A DNA stretch of 64,000 nt, from the NCBI GenBank assembly GCA_963745075.1, contig CAVUWV010000036.1:64001-128000 (forward strand), read 5' to 3'. Origin of the DNA: Candidatus Hydrogenedentota bacterium. Its GTDB lineage: Bacteria > Hydrogenedentota > Hydrogenedentia > Hydrogenedentales > SLHB01. A program made the translations under genes and the position numbers. The notes under the pieces were generated by a model, which saw only the letters and a list, made by a program, of their open reading frames with translations, had not been told where the DNA came from and did not search any database. The stretch's first letter is position 1. Every line of letters begins with the position of its first letter. This document shows positions 29,066-39,582 of the stretch, piece by piece.

Positions 29066-30994
29066 TTACTCCTTCGGCCAGCTAAACCGCACCAGTTCCG
29101 CGCGGTGGCCGAAGTAGATGCCGTGGTCGTCCATGGCGAAACCGCAGCGGATTGCTTCCGGGTACTCCGCCAGGACGGTGACCTCGCAGTTTTTGGGGTC
29201 AAGCCGGAACACTTTCTTCGCGGACAGTCCGTACAGCATGCCGTCCTTCCACAGTCCGAGACTGCAATCCAACACGGAACCCACGCCCAGCTTTGACCGC
29301 TGCACGATGGCGCGCCGGTCGATGTCGTAGACGAACAGGTCGTCTTCGTTGGACACGCCGAAAATGCGGCGGTCCACCCGGCAGAGTGTGCGGATGGCCG
29401 GTGAACCGGGGTACGGCACTTCTTCCGACGCGACCCGTTGCATCTTCGTGTCGAAGACGAAGAACTTCGCTTCCGGTTCCAGCGGTTTCGTGCCGCCCCC
29501 GCCCTCGATGCTGGAGCCGCCAAAGATAAACTTGGTCTCCGGGTCGTATACCAGGCTGACGATGGATTGATTCTTGATGAGTGGATGATAGTTCTCGATA
29601 AGGCGGTCCTGTTCCGGATTCCAGACGCCGAGCGAGCCGCCGTACATGCCGTATTCCGGGTAGCTGCCGATGTAGATCATCTCATCGGGCCCGTAAATCA
29701 TGGCCCGCGGCCGCAAGTGCCCCGGACCGAGCGGGCCGAACCCGCGCGGATTGCTGTCCGCGTCGTGACCGTAGTTCCACGGCTTTGACGGGTCCCATTT
29801 CGACAGGAACGAACCCGGATAGGCGCAAACATAGAGCGTCCCGTGGTGGTCGAGCATGGAGTAGATTTCGCCGCCGACTTCCGTCGGATTGCCGGGGTTT
29901 TCCATCTCGCCCGTCGCGGGGTCGTACCAGAAGAGTTCGTTGGGCATGTAGGTACCGCCGTAAATGCGATTCAACGGTCCCGTGCTGACCATGAAGATGC
30001 CTGAACCCGCGCCCGCGTATTGGAACGTCTCGTGCGTCACGTTGCCGTCCGGACTCACCAGGTCGTAGGTGCCGTCCAGGGTCGGATTGTTCACGCGCCG
30101 CCCGTCTTTCAAGGTGAGATGGTTCACGGCCGTGGGCGGGTTCACCACTTCCTGGACGCTGAGATCGTCCTTCACACGAAGCGTCACGCTCTCGGGACGC
30201 GTGATTTCCCCGTTCTGCGGATCGCCGTTCAACACTTCCATTCGAATGGCCGAGATGTAGACTTTCCCGTCCACGCCGCGCCAGACCGTCGCTACGGTCT
30301 GCTTGGGATCGTTGCGGTACTCCTCGGGCAGGATGGACTGATGCTCGCCCGTCGCGGGGTCGTAAACGACCGCGTTTGCCTGACCGTAGCCGACGCCCAA
30401 GTAGATCTTGCCCTTGGGCCCCGTGCAGATGCTCCGGGTGTACATCTGGGTATCGTCCATCTTCCCCAAGTCGGCGAGCGCTCCGGTCGACGGGTTGTAC
30501 GAAACCAGTCTTGCCCCGGGATACGTGCAGGCGTAAATCGTACCGTCGTCCCCGAGAGTGAACATCCACAAATAGGTTTCCGATTCGGCCGGACGGCCCA
30601 CCACCTGAATCTGTTTATCCGGCTGTTTGGGATCGAACACGAGAATTTGACCGCTGTCTTCCGGATCGGGTCCTTCGTGCGTGCCCAGATAGATCTTATT
30701 GTCCGGTCCGACGATGAATCCCCACGCCCCGGTCCCCGCGGGCGACTGAAACTGCTGCGATTCACCGGTGTCGGGATCCACCGCCACGAGAAAGAGCTTG
30801 CCCCCGTCCTGGCGGAAGTTGAAGTAGATGCGTTCGGACCCCTGGGTGGGACCGGGTCCGACGATAGTCCCCATAAGCCCCGCCTTCGTGACCGGCGTTC
30901 CCAGCGATTCAAACGCGGACGTGTCCTGCGCTGCTGCCGTCATCACGGCCGTTCCCATAATGCAACCCAACAACACGCGAATCCATGCTGCCAT
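29066..30994 (-). CDS. Secreted beta-propeller repeat protein
   Basis: Signal peptide; repeated GPDxKIYxGT / YDPxTG blades. Confidence 0.7.
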   Translation of the reverse strand: MAAWIRVLLGCIMGTAVMTAAAQDTSAFESLGTPVTKAGLMGTIVGPGPTQGSERIYFNFRQDGGKLFLVAVDPDTGESQQFQSPAGTGAWGFIVGPDNKIYLGTHEGPDPEDSGQILVFDPKQPDKQIQVVGRPAESETYLWMFTLGDDGTIYACTYPGARLVSYNPSTGALADLGKMDDTQMYTRSICTGPKGKIYLGVGYGQANAVVYDPATGEHQSILPEEYRNDPKQTVATVWRGVDGKVYISAIRMEVLNGDPQNGEITRPESVTLRVKDDLSVQEVVNPPTAVNHLTLKDGRRVNNPTLDGTYDLVSPDGNVTHETFQYAGAGSGIFMVSTGPLNRIYGGTYMPNELFWYDPATGEMENPGNPTEVGGEIYSMLDHHGTLYVCAYPGSFLSKWDPSKPWNYGHDADSNPRGFGPLGPGHLRPRAMIYGPDEMIYIGSYPEYGMYGGSLGVWNPEQDRLIENYHPLIKNQSIVSLVYDPETKFIFGGSSIEGGGGTKPLEPEAKFFVFDTKMQRVASEEVPYPGSPAIRTLCRVDRRIFGVSNEDDLFVYDIDRRAIVQRSKLGVGSVLDCSLGLWKDGMLYGLSAKKVFRLDPKNCEVTVLAEYPEAIRCGFAMDDHGIYFGHRAELVRFSWPKE

Positions 30995-31062
30995 CGTTCT
31001 GTCTCCATCAGGTAATCCTCGAAAAGGTCCATCCTACTCCACAAACGTCGCTGAGGTCGAGA

Positions 31063-31168
31063 GGGGCACGGGCGTCTCGCCCGTGATAGGTGTTTGCATT
31101 TCATGAGGACGCAATTGGCCGCACCGTTGGTTGGCATCATCGATTCACGGGCGAGACGCCCGTGCCCC
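31063..31168. repeat. Inverted pair of 24-bp REP-like elements
   Basis: ggggcacgggcgtctcgcccgtga (31063-31086) is the exact reverse complement of 31145-31168; each copy is itself a hairpin. Confidence 0.9.
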
Positions 31169-31279
31169 AGAGGCCTCCTTCCGTTATCGCGTAGCGGTGA
31201 GACAACGCGAATCGAGCAACTGCTATCCGATGCTCGTATCCGGTACACTGGACGCGGGCTTTGTTGAGGGAGATTCGTC

Positions 31280-32095
31280 ATGAGCAGAAAGAAGACCGTC
31301 CTGGTGGTCGTGGCTCACGCAGACGACATGGAATTCCTCGCGGCGGGGACCGTCGCGCGCTTCGTCTCGGAATTCGGCTACAACGTCTACGAATACATAC
31401 TGACCGATAACGGCAAGGGGTCGTACCGCTTGCCGCCGAAGGAACTCGTCGCCGTGTCCGCCCGGGAAGCCATCGAAGCCGGTAAGATTCTCGAACTGAA
31501 AGACGTACGGCTCGAAGGCTATCCGGATGGCTGCCTCAACGAGACGCACCCCAACGTCCTCCGGGACAAAATCATGGCCTTCATTCGCGAGGTGAAAGCC
31601 GACATCGTCATGAGTTGGGATCCCTTCGCGCCCTACGAGGAGCACCCCGATCATCGGATGGTCGCCATGGCCACCCTCGAAGCCGCAAGCTTCAGCGGCA
31701 ATCCCCTGTTCCATCCCGAACATGCCCATCCGCCTTACGCGGTGACGGAGGCCTACTGGTTTGCCAAAAGCCCATGGAACGCGGAACTGTTTGTAGACAT
31801 CTCATCCACCATCGACAAGAAGATCGAAGCCTTGCTCACCCACGACTGCCAAATGGCGTTAACCATAGACATGCTGGTGCAAGAAGCGAAAACCCTGGGA
31901 GTCGAGGTGCCCGCGCTGGAAAATCTGGACGCCGAAGGTCACAAAAACGTCATCGCAGCCGGCATCCGATCCTATTGTGAAACCATCGGCCAAGAGGCAG
32001 GCATGGACTACGCCGAACAGTTCCGCTACGAAAAACTCGGCATGCTCGACAAGCTCATGGGAACATCGTTTATCGTGCCGGATTTCCGGTTGTAA
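31280..32095 (+). CDS. PIG-L/LmbE family N-acetyl sugar deacetylase
   Basis: AHADD and HPDH zinc-binding motifs. Confidence 0.9.
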   Translation: MSRKKTVLVVVAHADDMEFLAAGTVARFVSEFGYNVYEYILTDNGKGSYRLPPKELVAVSAREAIEAGKILELKDVRLEGYPDGCLNETHPNVLRDKIMAFIREVKADIVMSWDPFAPYEEHPDHRMVAMATLEAASFSGNPLFHPEHAHPPYAVTEAYWFAKSPWNAELFVDISSTIDKKIEALLTHDCQMALTIDMLVQEAKTLGVEVPALENLDAEGHKNVIAAGIRSYCETIGQEAGMDYAEQFRYEKLGMLDKLMGTSFIVPDFRL

Positions 32096-32133
32096 CGCCG
32101 CGCGTTTAACTCGCTCCCCAGGAGATTCTCGCA

Positions 32134-32895
32134 ATGCCGGCCATTTACAGCTTCCCGCGTTACTACGACCTCGCCTTCTCCTGGCGCGACTATGCCGCCG
32201 AAGTGGCGGTGATGTGCGCCTGCGCGGAGCGCTTTGGCGACGGTGCGCCGCGTCACGTCCTGGAAATCTGCTGTGGACAGGCCCCGCATCTGGGTGCGTG
32301 GCATGCGCGGGGGATCGGCTACGTAGGCGTGGACGCAAGCGCCGCGATGCTGGGCATGGCGCGAGAACAGGCCGCCCCGTTGGAGGCGAACGCCGTTTTC
32401 CTGGAACAAGACCTCGCCGGGTTTGAGCTGTCCGATCCAGTCGATTTCGTGTGCGTGTTGCTGGGTTCCTTGTACGCACGGGACACGGCGCATCTGCGCG
32501 CCCATTTCGACGCCGTCGCACGTGCAGTACGGCCAGGCGGTCTTTACTTCATGGAATGGACCGTCGACTTCGATCCCCTCGTGGACGTGGTCGATTCATG
32601 GGCGGTGCAACGGGACGGCGTCTACGTGCAAGCAAGCTATTGGACCCGCTGTGTGAACCGGGTCGAGCAGATCTACGAGGATACCATCCATCTCGACATC
32701 GACGATCGCGGCGAACCTGTTGTGATCGAAGACACGGCAACGCGCCGTCGCATCTTTCCCCGGGAATTCCTTGCGTACATCGAAGCGCATCCCCACTTCG
32801 AATTCGTGGGCTGGTGGAACGACTGGGACCTCGCGCAACCGATCGACGGCACCCGGCCCGTGAACCGCCCCATCATCGTGGTGCGGCGCATCTGA
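32134..32895 (+). CDS. Class I SAM-dependent methyltransferase
   Basis: VLEICCG, GVDAS..ML and VRPGGLY. Confidence 0.85.
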   Translation: MPAIYSFPRYYDLAFSWRDYAAEVAVMCACAERFGDGAPRHVLEICCGQAPHLGAWHARGIGYVGVDASAAMLGMAREQAAPLEANAVFLEQDLAGFELSDPVDFVCVLLGSLYARDTAHLRAHFDAVARAVRPGGLYFMEWTVDFDPLVDVVDSWAVQRDGVYVQASYWTRCVNRVEQIYEDTIHLDIDDRGEPVVIEDTATRRRIFPREFLAYIEAHPHFEFVGWWNDWDLAQPIDGTRPVNRPIIVVRRI

Positions 32896-32924
32896 GTGCC
32901 AAACCTATCACGCACGCTCCACGC

Positions 32925-33602
32925 CTATTTCTCCAGCGGTTCCAGCACGATGTTGCGGTATTCAATCGGCGTTCCCTCGCTTTGAAGGCCGATATAGCCC
33001 TTGGTCAGGTTGCATTCCGTCGCGACGTTCTGAAGCAGCCCGTTGACGGTCATGCGGATCGTATCGCCGTCGCAAACCACTTCGCAATGGTTCCATTCGC
33101 CAAGGGGCTTCTCATTGTCCTGGTGCATTTTGGGTACGCGGCGATCGTCCGGGTTGGTATGTTCCTTGAACTCCGAACCGTCGATAACCCAGAAATCCGC
33201 GGCGTTCTTGGTCTGCAACTGTCCCTCGATGCTCTTCGGCCAGACTTTGTCCGGTTCCTGTATGTGGATAAGCACGCCGTTGTTGCCGCCCTTGTCCCCT
33301 GGCCAACGCCATTCGAAAGTAAGCCGGTAGTTCCCATAGGGCGTCGTCGTGCGGATATAACCGTTCGGCTTGCCTTTGCAGTACAGGACGCCGCCGTCGC
33401 GCACTTCCCACACCGTCTTGGGATCCACCCCTTCGTCTGCGGGGATGAAGCGTTTCCACCCGTCAAAGTTCACGCCGTTGAAAAGTTGGATCGTTCCGGG
33501 ATGAACCGTCGTCTCGCTGGATGCTGCTTTCGTTTCTGCCGATTGCGCTGCAACACCGGCCAGCGCAACACCGAGTATCGCCACCATGAGAATTTGTCGC
33601 AT
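32925..33602 (-). CDS. DUF1080 (3-keto-glycoside hydrolase-like) secreted protein
   Basis: LFNG..FDGW, GEWN and GYIGLQSEG..IEYRNI. Confidence 0.9.
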   Translation of the reverse strand: MRQILMVAILGVALAGVAAQSAETKAASSETTVHPGTIQLFNGVNFDGWKRFIPADEGVDPKTVWEVRDGGVLYCKGKPNGYIRTTTPYGNYRLTFEWRWPGDKGGNNGVLIHIQEPDKVWPKSIEGQLQTKNAADFWVIDGSEFKEHTNPDDRRVPKMHQDNEKPLGEWNHCEVVCDGDTIRMTVNGLLQNVATECNLTKGYIGLQSEGTPIEYRNIVLEPLEK

Positions 33603-33802
33603 GATTCGTACCTCCCTGTGGGTATGTGGGAATCACGCTAGCACCTGGTGCGACGGGGTGCAAGAGAGAGGCCACAAACAACAAAGGGGAAATTAGCGAG
33701 ATGGACGGAATGGATAATCAAAACCGGAATCCCGGGACGCACCTATAACTTCGTCCAGAGAGTCGTTCATCATCCCGTGGTAATCCTTGTCCGCGTTCCG
33801 TT

Positions 33803-35089
33803 TCAATGCAGCGCACTCACTGCAGCGCCGGTCTCTCGGGCAATAAACGCGCCAAGTCCCGGCCCATAGTACGAACGCAGGTCCACTTCGTAGCCGCCGT
33901 GCGCGTATTCTTGATCGTTTACGATATAGCCGATGTAGCCGTCGGCAAGACCCACTACGACAACCTCGCCGAAACCCTGCGCGCGAATGGCATCTTCCAC
34001 CGCCGCGCCCACCGCACAAAGCGGTTCTCCGGGCAGACCAACGAGGACGGTATCGCCTACGCGCAGAAACCGAAGGTCGGCTTTCCGGGGCAGTGCCTCG
34101 AGGGCGGGCCCGAGCATGTTCGCGTAAGATCCGGTCCGTATACCTTCGCTAAAACTGATTTCAGGGAGTTCCGGTCTTGCCGATAGGGCGGACACCGTTA
34201 GATTCGGTTTACCGGAAATCTCTTTGGCCAGGATTTGCGCCTGTGCGGCAAGTCGCGAACCATAATCCTCGATCCGTGCAAAGGCGTCGTCTCCTTTGGC
34301 GCCTTCGGGTGACTGGTCGCCCTCGGCCCCATTCGTAAACAACGCCACAGCCCCGGGAAATGCCTGCTCGAGTTCCCGCTGAAGTACCCCCGGCCATTCG
34401 GCCGACACAAGCATATTGTCCGCCCCCGCAATGGTGGGGTGGGCCGCAAAGTTCACAAGCAATGCGCGAGCCTTCCCGTCCATGTCGTCAACGCGCATTA
34501 CCCAAAGACGGGGCCGAGTCAATGGAGTTTCGCCGGCCGTTTCCCGTGCCGCCGTGTCGTAACCCCATCGCCGGTTCCTCGTAAAGCCTGCGACCGTTTT
34601 CTCGCCGAATCCGATGCGTGCGGGTGCCGCGTTCTTCACTGCGCGCGCGACGGCCTCGGCCACGGACGTACTCATCGCGTCGACGATGGCGGGATCGTAC
34701 ACGCCAAATTGTAATTGCCAGAACGGTTCAGGATACATGGAGGGCCCGGCGTGTGTGTGCGATGCACACACCAGCAGATGCTCCGAGACCGGCCCAAGAT
34801 AACTCGTCTTCTCCTCAATTTGCGCGATGAATTCCGGCGTGATGGAGCGCAGGTCCGCGGTAATCAATGCAGTCTCGGTATCGGCGTCGCGAAAATACAG
34901 GATTTTCGCCTGGAGCCGGTCGTGAACGCCCTCCGCGGGCTTTCCTTTACGGGCCCCATACCCCGCCAGCGGCACAACGTGAGCCTTGACGTCCGGCGTG
35001 ATGTCGCAAGAGGCCACCCCAACATCCAACGCGAAAGCGCACGACACGAAGTAACTGCACAGCAGGAAGACTGAAACGTAGCGAATCAT
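33803..35089 (-). CDS. Neutral/alkaline ceramidase-like secreted hydrolase
   Basis: DITP..PLAGY, ASHTHAGP, NFAAHPT, GAEGD and GGYE. Confidence 0.8.
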   Translation of the reverse strand: MIRYVSVFLLCSYFVSCAFALDVGVASCDITPDVKAHVVPLAGYGARKGKPAEGVHDRLQAKILYFRDADTETALITADLRSITPEFIAQIEEKTSYLGPVSEHLLVCASHTHAGPSMYPEPFWQLQFGVYDPAIVDAMSTSVAEAVARAVKNAAPARIGFGEKTVAGFTRNRRWGYDTAARETAGETPLTRPRLWVMRVDDMDGKARALLVNFAAHPTIAGADNMLVSAEWPGVLQRELEQAFPGAVALFTNGAEGDQSPEGAKGDDAFARIEDYGSRLAAQAQILAKEISGKPNLTVSALSARPELPEISFSEGIRTGSYANMLGPALEALPRKADLRFLRVGDTVLVGLPGEPLCAVGAAVEDAIRAQGFGEVVVVGLADGYIGYIVNDQEYAHGGYEVDLRSYYGPGLGAFIARETGAAVSALH

Positions 35090-35112
35090 GTCAAAGTTCT
35101 CCAAAGCGTCGT

Positions 35113-36153
35113 TCACCGCAGCTTTTCATAATACGCCAGGTACAACTCCTCTGCAATTGTCCCATCCGAGGGACGCACGAACTCGCGATATCCCCACGTG
35201 ATGGCGGTGCCCGTGTACTTCCGCGCGAAGGTCAGTTTTTCGACCAACTTGTCCGCGGGAACGCCCCGCCAGAACGGGGCCGTCTTTGGATCGTTGACGT
35301 GGGTCCGCAACCCGAAACGCGCGACGTAATCTTCCAGACTCGAAACGTTCAGCTCGCCGGTCTCGATATTGGCCCAAAACGCGGTATCCGTCGCCTCGCA
35401 GGCCGTCTTCATCGCGGCGAAAAACGGGGCCCGCTGTTCGAGCGTGTAACACGCGAGATGTTCGCCGCTGTCCTGCAGCGCCACGGTATCGATGTGGGCC
35501 CCTTGCAGGATATCCGTCCAATACGCCGTATATTCCTCGGGCGTAGCCCAGCGAAAGCCCCCCAACAGGTGCTGCTTGTCGAGAATGAAGAATGGCGAGA
35601 TCAGCGTTTTCTTGTCCGGCGCAATCTGCTTGCACGCTGCCGATACGCCCTGGTAAAGCTGTTTCGCCGTCTCCGCCGGCGGTCCCCACATGACGTAGCA
35701 TTCGTACGGGATGTAGAATCCCTCGAACGACGGGTGATCGCCGTAGCGCCGTTCCAAACGGTCAATCCGTTGCCGCGCACGTTCGATCTCGGGGCCGGTA
35801 TCCGTCAGCGTCCACCAGGCGTTCGCTTGCAGCGTGCCCAAATAGACGCGCATATGCCGTCGATCGAGTTCTCCGAGGAATACGTCAAATGGATCGGATT
35901 CGCCGGCTTTCGGTTCAGCGCCCGCGTACGGTCCCGTAAAAACGAAGAGGTCCATTCCCAACAAGTCGATGGCGTCCAAGTCCTCCTGCCATGCATCCAC
36001 ACTACGCGCGGCATCAACGGGACTCAGCCACCAGAGCACTCCGGTGAGATGTGCGCGCCCGTGCGTCGCTCCGACCGTCGCACAACCGCAGAGTACCGCC
36101 AACAAAAGGAGAACGCCGATGTTGGAAAGTTGGGTTGTCTTTGTTCGCGCCAT
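35113..36153 (-). CDS. DUF4434-like glycoside hydrolase-fold lipoprotein
   Basis: Lipobox LCGC; YGDHPSFEGFYIPYE, LQDSG and FWANIE. Confidence 0.7.
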   Translation of the reverse strand: MARTKTTQLSNIGVLLLLAVLCGCATVGATHGRAHLTGVLWWLSPVDAARSVDAWQEDLDAIDLLGMDLFVFTGPYAGAEPKAGESDPFDVFLGELDRRHMRVYLGTLQANAWWTLTDTGPEIERARQRIDRLERRYGDHPSFEGFYIPYECYVMWGPPAETAKQLYQGVSAACKQIAPDKKTLISPFFILDKQHLLGGFRWATPEEYTAYWTDILQGAHIDTVALQDSGEHLACYTLEQRAPFFAAMKTACEATDTAFWANIETGELNVSSLEDYVARFGLRTHVNDPKTAPFWRGVPADKLVEKLTFARKYTGTAITWGYREFVRPSDGTIAEELYLAYYEKLR

Positions 36154-36183
36154 TAAGCACCAAAAACGAATTGGATCGAGACG

Positions 36184-36253
36184 CCCTCCCCAACCCTCCT
36201 CGTGAACGGGGTGGGAGCCGGCCCCCCCCGTACACGAGGGGAGTTAGAGGGGG
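36184..36253. repeat. C-rich/G-rich palindromic intergenic repeat
   Basis: ccctccccaaccctcctcgtgaacgggg pairs imperfectly with ccccgtacacgaggggagttagagggg. Confidence 0.7.
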
Positions 36254-36283
36254 TCTTCACGTCCAATCTTTGCAGCATCCCGT

Positions 36284-36505
36284 TCACAACAATTCCCGGA
36301 ACGCATCCACGGTGAGGCCGGCCCGATGGAGAATGACTTCAAGCGCCGCGCGGTCCAATTCCGGAACGTCCGGCACCACCACTTGAAGAGGCGGATCGTC
36401 CTTGCGCATCAGCATGTGACGGCCCTGCTGCCATTTCAGGTGAAAACCCGCCCACGTGAGCGCCGCGACACAAGCGCTACCGGATATGCGAGGCAACGCA
36501 TTCAT
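36284..36505 (-). CDS. hicA: HicA-family toxin
   Basis: LP.ISG...AL..AGF...QQGRHM...VVVP...L..IL..AGLT...F..LL. Confidence 0.85.
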   Translation of the reverse strand: MNALPRISGSACVAALTWAGFHLKWQQGRHMLMRKDDPPLQVVVPDVPELDRAALEVILHRAGLTVDAFRELL

Positions 36506-36708
36506 ACGAGCACGACATACGTGTCGAACCGTTCCGGCGGCACGGGCAGGTCGTCCTCATCCAGCGCGGCCGCATACCCGACAATGGCTTCCCGGATATT
36601 CGCGACCGCTTCCTCCATCGTCGTACCCTGGCTTACGCATCCCGGCAGGCTCGGGCACTCCACCAGCCAGAACCCGTCCACCCCAGGCCGAACGATCACT
36701 TGTCGCAT
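36502..36708 (-). CDS. hicB: HicB-family antitoxin (short form, no DNA-binding domain)
   Basis: ECPSLPGCVSQG.T.EEA..NIREAI; GGAGG RBS; ATGA overlap with hicA. Confidence 0.9.
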   Translation of the reverse strand: MRQVIVRPGVDGFWLVECPSLPGCVSQGTTMEEAVANIREAIVGYAAALDEDDLPVPPERFDTYVVLV

Positions 36709-37018
36709 GATATCGCCTCCACCAGTCCGATTGTCGACGCCCCACTGCCCTATACGGTAACGCGCCCTGGCAACCCGGTACAAGGCTCGGACTCCAATAC
36801 GGCGAACACGGAACAGTCATCGTCCCTGCGTTCCGTGGAATGCCACCCGCGCCACGGCCATCCCAAGCAACACTTATCTATTTGTGGTTCCGTGTGCGCC
36901 GCCCATCGTTGCATGTGCGCCCCTGGTTTGTATAATGGGGAATATGTCCTCGAGCCGAGGCGATGCGTGATGGGGTCAATTGGGTGTATAGCATTCCAGG
37001 CTATCAAATGGGAGCGCA

Positions 37019-37450
37019 ATGATAAAACATCTGCGCGTACTGGTCGTAGACGACGATCCAACGATCATCGACGTGTTGTCCGCATTCTTGGAAACCAAGG
37101 GGTATTCCGTGCACACCTGTTCCAATGGACAGCAGGGGCTGGAAGCGATCGAACAGGAAGAATTCGATCTCGTCATCAGCGATATCGAGATGGCCGGTGT
37201 CAATGGATTCGAGCTGCTTCGCCAAACCCGGAAGAACTACCCCCGGATCGGGATCGTGTTGATGACGGGATACGAAGAAGCCCATCCCTTGTCGTCCGCC
37301 CTTCGCGCCGGCGCCGACGGCTACATTTCCAAACCGTTCAGCCTGCGCAAGTTCTCCTTGATCTTCGAGCAGGCCTACTGGAACGCGTTGTCCCGCGACG
37401 ACTGGTGGGAAGAACACGTCGACGAAGAGACCGGCGGCGGCGAATCGTAA
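37019..37450 (+). CDS. Single-domain response regulator
   Basis: LVVDDD, VISDIEM, MTG and YISKPF. Confidence 0.9.
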   Translation: MIKHLRVLVVDDDPTIIDVLSAFLETKGYSVHTCSNGQQGLEAIEQEEFDLVISDIEMAGVNGFELLRQTRKNYPRIGIVLMTGYEEAHPLSSALRAGADGYISKPFSLRKFSLIFEQAYWNALSRDDWWEEHVDEETGGGES

Positions 37451-37557
37451 CGTCTTCGGCGATCGTCGTTGCATGGATGGCACGCGCCTGGACCAAACGT
37501 ACGCTTCCAATCGGGTGGTTCGTTTTCCGGTTCGCTGCGGCCGCGACTTCGGTGCAT

Positions 37558-38262
37558 CTATCGCGTCGGAGGACGGTTCAACGGGCGAATCTCCAACTCG
37601 CTGATCACGGTCCCCGACGCCGTACGCAGCACGTTCGCGCACGCTTCCCCCACCTCTTCCGGCGCAACCTTCCACTCCGCATCTTCATCCGGGTCGTGGC
37701 GGTGCGACGCCGAATCCACCGAACCCGGGTATACAGTCGTTACCTTGATGCCGAAATCCCGGACTTCTTGAAACAACGACTGGGAGAATCCCGTGACCGC
37801 GTACTTCGTCGCCGCGTATCCGCTGCCGCCGGGCAACGGCACCTTCCCGGATATCGATGACACGTTGACGATGTGCCCGCTGCCCTGCCGTTTCATGTGA
37901 GACAGCGCCGCCCGCGTGGCGTAGAACAGGCCGTTGACGTTCGTGTCGATCATCGTCCGCCATTCCTCGAGCGAAATATCGAAGACGTTCTTGCGGATGA
38001 CTAGGCCCGCGTTGTTAATAAGCGCATCAACGCCACCGAAATGTTCCACCGCCGCACTGATGGCGTATTCCGTGGCGTCGGGGTCGCGCAAGTCGCAGGC
38101 CACCGAGAAGCACTCGCCGTCCTGCTCCTCGATGCTCTGCCGCACGTCTTCCAACAGATCCTTGGACCGCGCCAGCATGGAAACCTTGAACCCGTCCATC
38201 GCGAGAAATGTGGCAATACCGCGCCCAATGCCCTTGCTCGCACCGGTGACTATCACACGCAC
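37558..38262 (-). CDS. SDR family oxidoreductase
   Basis: TGASKGIG, NNAG and YAATK. Confidence 0.92.
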   Translation of the reverse strand: MRVIVTGASKGIGRGIATFLAMDGFKVSMLARSKDLLEDVRQSIEEQDGECFSVACDLRDPDATEYAISAAVEHFGGVDALINNAGLVIRKNVFDISLEEWRTMIDTNVNGLFYATRAALSHMKRQGSGHIVNVSSISGKVPLPGGSGYAATKYAVTGFSQSLFQEVRDFGIKVTTVYPGSVDSASHRHDPDEDAEWKVAPEEVGEACANVLRTASGTVISELEIRPLNRPPTR

Positions 38263-38391
38263 TTCGCAACCCTCCCCTCGTTCCTTGCAAAGGCTATCTC
38301 AAGACCCGCGTCCACCGTCATTCTGAGCGCGGGACCTCCTTCGGGGGATGTCTGCCCAAAGAACAACTCAGCCTGAATGTTGCCCTGTTTC

Positions 38392-39351
38392 CTATGCCCG
38401 GTATATCAAAAAGCCGATATAGGCGAAGTAACTTGCGAGGAGCACGAATCCTTCCCCGCGTTGAATGGAATACTTCTCGCGCCCCGTGAGCATAAACAGA
38501 AACAGCAACGCCGTGGAACCGATCATCACGCCGATATCGACGTTGTTGACGGACGAAAACGGCAGCGGATGAATAATGCTGGTCACGGCTAACACGAGAA
38601 ACACGTTAAAAATATTCGAACCGACGATATTCCCCACGGCGATGTCGGAGTTCTTCCGGTACGCGGCCACCGCGGACGTTGCAAGTTCGGGCAGCGATGT
38701 GCCAATCGCCACGACCGTCAAACCGATTACGTCATCGCTCACGTTGAACGTCCGCGCGATCGCCGTGGCGCCGCCGACCACCCATTGCCCGCCCAGCGTC
38801 AGACCGATCAGCCCAAACACAACCCGCAGCAGCGAGCGCGGAATCGTTTCCGAGACTTCGGGCACTTCGGCGACTTTCGAGCCGCTCGTGCGGACGACCT
38901 CGTAGACGTAATACAAGAACAGAATCAGAAAACTGAGCAACACCAATCCGTCGGTCCGGCTGAGCACGTTTTGCGCGGCCCCGTCGATGAGCCGGTCGTT
39001 GGGAAGGATCGCTACCAGTACCGCAGCCAGCATGCAAAAAGGGATTTCCTTGCGGGCCGTTCCCGCCGACGCGTACACGGGGCTGATAATGGACGCCACG
39101 CCGAGCACCAGCAATACATTGGCGATGTTGCTCCCCACCACGTTGCCGATCGCGATTCCGGTCGCCCCCCTCGCCGCCGCGAACACGCTCACGATCAGTT
39201 CCGGAAGGGACGTGCCCAATGCAACGATCGTCATACCGATGATCAGTTCGGAAACGCCAAGGCGCTTCGCGATGGACGACGCGCCGCCCACCAGAAAGTC
39301 CGCCCCCTTGATCAGGAAGACAAAACCGGCAATCAGTACTACGTAGCTCAA
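38392..39351 (-). CDS. Calcium/sodium antiporter (YrbG family)
   Basis: Two alpha repeats GTSLPEL...GN(V/I)VGSNI; TTG start with a purine-rich RBS. Confidence 0.92.
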   Translation of the reverse strand: MSYVVLIAGFVFLIKGADFLVGGASSIAKRLGVSELIIGMTIVALGTSLPELIVSVFAAARGATGIAIGNVVGSNIANVLLVLGVASIISPVYASAGTARKEIPFCMLAAVLVAILPNDRLIDGAAQNVLSRTDGLVLLSFLILFLYYVYEVVRTSGSKVAEVPEVSETIPRSLLRVVFGLIGLTLGGQWVVGGATAIARTFNVSDDVIGLTVVAIGTSLPELATSAVAAYRKNSDIAVGNIVGSNIFNVFLVLAVTSIIHPLPFSSVNNVDIGVMIGSTALLFLFMLTGREKYSIQRGEGFVLLASYFAYIGFLIYRA

Positions 39352-39551
39352 TGGACTTCCTTTTCCTGAATTGACGCAAGAACGCGAAACACGCCCGAAG
39401 CCCGCCTCGACGCGGCCCGTCCACGTGCAACGAGGATTCCCTATTGTACAGATAGCGAATGCTACAGTGAATTTCGGCCCGTGGGAGGCCGAAGGGGCGG
39501 CAAGATGCACGCGACGAAGTTCCCTCGTGGAATCTTCCGCCAACGTGGGAG

Positions 39552-39573
39552 ACCGGATTGTCAGCAACCCGGT
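39552..39573 (-). terminator. Hairpin immediately downstream of the peptide pair
   Basis: accggattg-tcag-caacccggt stem-loop; no clear U tract. Confidence 0.35.
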
Positions 39574-39582
39574 GGATGGTGC

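Noticed and set aside
38317..38352. GTCATTCTGAGCG REP-like fragment
   Set aside because: Only a partial unit with no partner arm.
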